Shown: piece by piece, positions 59,318 through 64,000 of the stretch
How the letters are laid out: every line of letters starts with the position of its first letter
Numbering within the stretch: the stretch's first letter is position 1
Assembly (NCBI GenBank): GCA_054600435.1
Contig: BAAIJX010000006.1
Location: 124,001-188,000 of the forward strand
Length of the DNA: 64,000 bases
Origin: Neophaeotheca triangularis
Lineage: Eukaryota
Direction of reading: 5' to 3'
Translations under genes and position numbers: made by a program
Notes under the pieces: model-generated
The model's input: only the letters and a program-made list of their open reading frames with translations
What the model was told of the DNA's origin: nothing
Database searches by the model: none

Positions 59318-62015
59318 CTAAACCACCCCCAATAAGCCATCATCTTCATCCTCCTCCTCCGTCTCCTCATCTTCGTCCACAAACTCCACCTCCTCACTCT
59401 CCACCTCCTCCTCCTCATCCGTCTCCTCAACCCCAAGCATAGCCCCAAGTCCCATACCAGCCCCAACAGCCCCCACCTCATCCGCAGGCCGAACCCCATA
59501 ATAACGCTGATCAAACTGCAACTGCGGCGTAACCCTCGCGCCCATAGGCGTCGACCCCAAACTCCGAGCCCCATTCAAGCCCCGATCCGACCGGCCCTCG
59601 GCTTCCAGAACAGCGTGATCACCAACTTCATCCGCGTCCGCGCCATCGTTCCAGCTGTGTACCGTCAGTGTGCCAAGACCGTGGTCGAAACCGTTCCAGC
59701 TCGTGGCCGCCATGACAGGGGCCGAGGGGTGCCAGCTGCAGTCACGGACGAGAGTCTTCCACCCGCCGCCCCCGTAGCGGCCTAAGAGGCGCTCGTCGGC
59801 GCGTGGACGTGAGTCGCGGGTTGCTTCCAGCACGTCAATGGTGGATTTGAGAGTGCCATCCAGATTCCAGATGTAAACTTTGCCGTCGTGCGAGCCGCTG
59901 TAGATGTAGCGACTGTCGGTGCTGCCGGGCGGGGAGAAATGGCAGCGGATGAGAGTTTTGAGGACGCGGTGGCCGCGGAAGGTCACGAGGGAGCAATCGT
60001 GTGGGTGCGGTTGGTGGTCGTCAGTGTCGTAGGGTGCGAAACGGTAGTCGAAGTTTGTCGTGTAGTCCTGGGGGAAAAGTTTTTGTCAGTATTCATGAGC
60101 CGATGTGTAAGGGTCACTCGTCTTACCTGAGGGTTGATCCTCTCCCCTTGATCTGTACTGATCATCTTCCTCAAATCCCACAGCTTACAAGTCTGATCTT
60201 TCGCATTCGAAATGACATATCGTCCATCGCCCTTGGAATCAATATACGTCAAGCCCTCTGTGTGGCCCAAGAACATCCCGGCAGGCCTAAGATCGCTCAA
60301 ACTCCTGCGGTCCCAAATCTTCAAAGTCGTGTCGTCACTCCCAGAATACAGGATATGCGGGCTCATCTTGTCGCCAAAACATACGGCATTGACATCGTCT
60401 TGATGACCGGGAATACGCAGGATAGAACGCCGCGTTTCCAGATCGTAAACATAAACACTCTGATCCGAGGTCCCCGCTACGATTTCATTGCCATCGCCAC
60501 TGAAGCGTAGAGACCATATACCAAAGTGACCTGATCTCCTGCCCCAAAAGCCTCCGCCGCCCTGATTTTGCGCTCCACGACCCATGTCGGAGAAGTCTAG
60601 GAGTTGCGGTTCCGAAGTATTCGCCGGGTCGGTAGGCGCAAGACAGACTTGACTGCGAATGGAGCTGTACGCCAAATGCCTATTATCCGGGCTCAGCGAG
60701 GCATCCGTGATGGTCCACTGCCCACCATAGTAATTCACGGTCTTGTAATAGCTCCAATCATAAGGGTTCGAAGTGTCGTACATGCGGACTTTGAAATCCT
60801 GCCCACATGCGAAGAAGAAGCTGCCGTCTTCACTGAACTGTCCGCTGTAGCATCGCGCGTTCATGTTGACAATCATGTCCGCTTTGCTTGAGGGTATCAG
60901 GTCCTGGGAGAGCAAGCCGTTCAGAGCTCGTTGTCGTCCACGAGACCCCAGACCAATCTCCCGATCCAGCAGCCGTCGCGAAAGATGCCTCCTCCTGCGT
61001 TGCGTAGCCTCACCATAAGGGACCCCGCAAGCCGAATGATCGCAACGATCATTAGCCCCGAACGTCCCACTCTCCATCAACTTCCTTCCCTCCTCCGACG
61101 GGATAGGAGGGTATCGATCCCCTTGCACCGGCCTCTGCCGTCTCCGCCTCCTCGCAGCACCATACCCAGGATAGTAATCCTCGTCGTCCTCGTCATCATC
61201 ATCGGCATACCCAGCCCGCCCCATGGTCCCACCAGCAGGAGAAAAAATCCCTCGCACGCCAGCCTGGTTCAGGTACCGCATAATCTGTGAACGGGTAACT
61301 TGAACCGACAAGGATAAAAAATCAGCACACGACGAACACAACCTAGACCAAAACCGCCGCGCCTACCCAAAGCCCAAAACCTCAACAAAGAAAAAACACC
61401 GGGGTGAAACCTACTCGTAACCCTCCTCGCCTCGGCAGCAGCAGCAGCGGGCGCAGCCTGCTCCTGCACAGCCCCAGCAGACCCAGCAGCAGCAACAGGC
61501 GTCCTAACACCCTCCTCCCCATCCCCCTCGTCCTCCTCTCCCTCTCCTTCACCACTCTCACCCTCACTCTCCCCACCAAAAACAACCCTATCCCCATCCT
61601 CATCCCACAAAGTCCCCTCCTCGGCATCAAAATACAGCGTCGACTCCTGCATCCCCGGTTCCCCAGCATTAACATCATCCTCAACACCCCCCGCATCACC
61701 ACCGAAAGAGTCGTCGGGCGAGGAGGAGGAGGAAGATCCAGTAGCAAAAGGAGGGTACGAATCATCCATCTCATCCATTTCATCCGAAACGGTTATAGCT
61801 TGCGAAGCCGCCGAGGCAGGAGGAACTGCAACCTCGTCTTCTTCTTGGTCAGGGAAAGCGGCGGAACTGGTGGTAGCGTTGGTGCTGGAAACGTCGTCGC
61901 GGCTGCTACCTGGAATGGGAGCTCGGTCGCCGGAAGCGTTCGCGGTGCTAATAGACCGGTTTGCACTGTCGTTTGCAGTCTCCCGTGGTGCCGGTGGTGG
62001 TGGCGGTGACGCCAT
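59318..62015 (-). CDS. WD40 protein DCAF11/WDR23 (LEC14B-like) homolog, 3 exons, ~840 aa
   Basis: Exons 62015-61415, 61298-60127, 60067-59318. Motifs YSGQFSEDG, WTITDASLSPDN, GHQDDVNAVCFGD, YSGSDD..KIWDRR, GHTEGLTYIDSKGDGRY, TFRGHRVLKTLIRCHFSP, VRDCSWHP. Confidence 0.85.
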
Positions 62016-62038
62016 AATCGGCCGAATTCACTTGGTTA

Positions 62039-62070
62039 CCTGCCTGCCTGCTTGCCTGCCTGCCTGCCTG
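62039..62070. repeat. Imperfect (CCTG)n tetranucleotide repeat upstream of the WD40 gene
   Basis: cctgcctgcctgcttgcctgcctgcctgcctg. Confidence 0.8.
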
Positions 62071-63178
62071 AGTCCCGTCTATTTCAGTAATGCTTGGTTC
62101 GACGAATCGGAGGGGGCGGGCAAAAGGGAGGAGAGGCAGCTCGAAAGGAGTGGGAGAAAGTAGGTAAAGATTCAGAGAGGTAGTGGTTGAGAGGTACGAG
62201 AGGTGAACTACCCTACCTTAGCTCATGAGGTCGATGATGCCCGCAGCTCGATGACCGACCGCGGCTGTTTCCTTATCTCTACCTTATCTTATCGCCGCAT
62301 CCATCCACCTGAGCTGGAGATATGCGGGTTTTTTATCTCCGGGGTTTGCGCTCCAGCCTCCCACCTCAAATCTCCATCAGCCAGTACATACGGTACCTTA
62401 GGTGCTGTAGATACATTACCATACATACCTTAAGGTGCCCAAATACTTCAGCTACAGCACACGACCCAACCAAAGTCAACAGCCCAACCCCCATCGCCTC
62501 GACCACTTAATCATACCTTAACAACAACAACCTCAACACATCAAATAGCGAGCAAAAGCCCGTCCACCACCTACTGTACCTCCCAGACAAACCGAAAAAC
62601 AAGACGAGAAGGGGAAAAAAAAAAAAACAAGCAAAGAAAACAACATTAAAAAAAAGAGCCATAACCGCTACCTCAAAACCCGTAGAATGAAAAAACCACA
62701 ATCCTCGCCATCTTCACTCGGTCGAGCATCCATACAACCAAGTTACCTACACGACGTCCACGGGGCCCCCTCATCCCCCAATCCCCACAGAAAAAGCCAG
62801 GCGCTAACCACTCCACATCGTTCAGCTATACAATAAACCTAGCTCCCTTTGTTGATTGATGGAGCTCTCAGTAAAGTCGTTCCTAACAAGAAAAGAAAAG
62901 AGCCTTGGAAGAAAAGGAGTACCGTAAGCACGCCCTCAAAATCTCCCCCCCCACCCCCTCCCAAAAAAAAAAAAAAAAAGGGTACTTCCCCAATCCAACC
63001 CACTAGTAGCGCCCAGACCTTACCCCCGTGTACGCAACGCACACGAGACACAGCCCTCCCTCGTACGCCACGCCACACGCAGAGCCATAAGAACCCAAAC
63101 GCCAGAAGCCCAAACCACGCACATTCCTCCCCCCCAAATCTACAAAACCCCCCTACTGTCAAACCCACTCTTCCTCTC

Positions 63179-63989
63179 CTAAAGATCGGTAGGGTACCTG
63201 CCCCCAGGCGTCAAACTCGTCGGACTGCCCATCTCCCTACCCATCCCCCCTCCACCTCTCCCTCTAAACCCCCCACCTCGGCCTCTATACCCCATCCCCC
63301 CAGGGCCGCCACCACTCCTCGGCATCCCCATACCGGGGAGTGCGAAATCCGGGTTCCCGCTCAAAAGCACGTCTTCCCTTCTTCGCTGCGCGGCTGAAGC
63401 GGTGGTGTTGCCGGCCATACTGCCCGGACCACCGCCGCCGCCGAATTGTGAGCCCGGTGGACCTGGCCGCCAGTTCGGGTTGATGCCGCGCTGAGAGACG
63501 GAGGTGAAGTGCGAGGCTTCGCTACCAGCGGGCGAGCGTGCGCCCTCGGGGTGCGAGAGGTTTTCTGTGCTGCTGTCGGCGCGTTCTAGGCCTGGCGGCG
63601 TGTGGGTGCTGGGGAGGCCTGGGTGGTCAGTTCCTCCTGGGGGACCGTGGGGGTGTTGGCTAGGTTGGAGGTGGTTGGGTGACATACGGGTGTTGTTATG
63701 GTGATGGTAGGGTGGGCCGCCAGGGGTTAGGGCGGATGGGAGCGCAGAGGGTTGGTCTTCTTGGTGGTAGGCGAAGGAGGGGTTGGTGTTGTTGGTGGGG
63801 ACGGCGGGTTGCTCGGCGAAGCGAGGGTCGATGTCTTCGTAGTAGTGTTCGCTGCCCGAACGGGCATGGCGGGTAGGCCCGCCGTTGGAGAGAGTGGGAG
63901 AGATGGGTCCATTTTGGGAGGAAGCGTGGTTGGTGTCTAGGGGAGGCGGGGCTTGGTTTTGCTGCCAGGCGGTGCGGGGTGGTATATAT
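63179..63989 (-). CDS. 3' terminal exon of a gene extending beyond the window; probable PalI/Rim9 (Sur7-family) pH-response protein C-terminus
   Basis: Open frame from the window edge with YIPPRTAW, SEHYYEDIDPRFAE, SHFTSVSQRGINPNW and LLSGNPDFALP, which I recall as conserved blocks in long fungal PalI-like tails. The diagnostic TM region lies outside the window. Confidence 0.5.
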
Positions 63990-64000
63990 CTAGTGACTGT

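Noticed and set aside
1..64000. Transposons, CRISPR arrays, rRNA/tRNA genes, and the many antisense ORFs overlapping called genes
   Set aside because: No transposase or RT motifs, terminal repeats, repeat-spacer arrays or RNA gene signatures were seen. Antisense ORFs are explained by GC-rich codon bias.

Overview
Gene-dense, GC-rich genomic DNA of a filamentous ascomycete with short spliceosomal introns. The gene set and order suggest a Dothideomycete (inference). The window holds the mating-type region. Gene order: secreted K/T/Y-rich protein, AIM11, COX13, NVJ2-like PH/SMP gene, [divergent homeodomain-like gene <- -> MAT1-2-1 HMG-box gene], SEC61-gamma, APC5, APN2, a TOK1-like K+ channel with a frameshift, a GPI-type GH18 chitinase, KOG1/raptor, a Kel1/Tea1 kelch protein, SLA2, RPS4, a CorA-like protein, GH12, deoxyribose-phosphate aldolase, a non-catalytic pepsin-fold membrane protein, DCAF11/WDR23-like, and the 3' end of a probable PalI-like gene. 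The main find is a three-exon gene (11117-12012, minus strand) placed head-to-head with MAT1-2-1. Once spliced by hand it encodes a C-terminal homeodomain-like sequence (...LQVLDACFEISPYP...LEHWFADKR). An HMG + homeodomain pair is the yeast MATa-type arrangement and is not part of the canonical Pezizomycotina MAT locus. Exon structures were inferred by eye from splice signals and frame continuity. Gene names come from recognised motifs; no database search was run.
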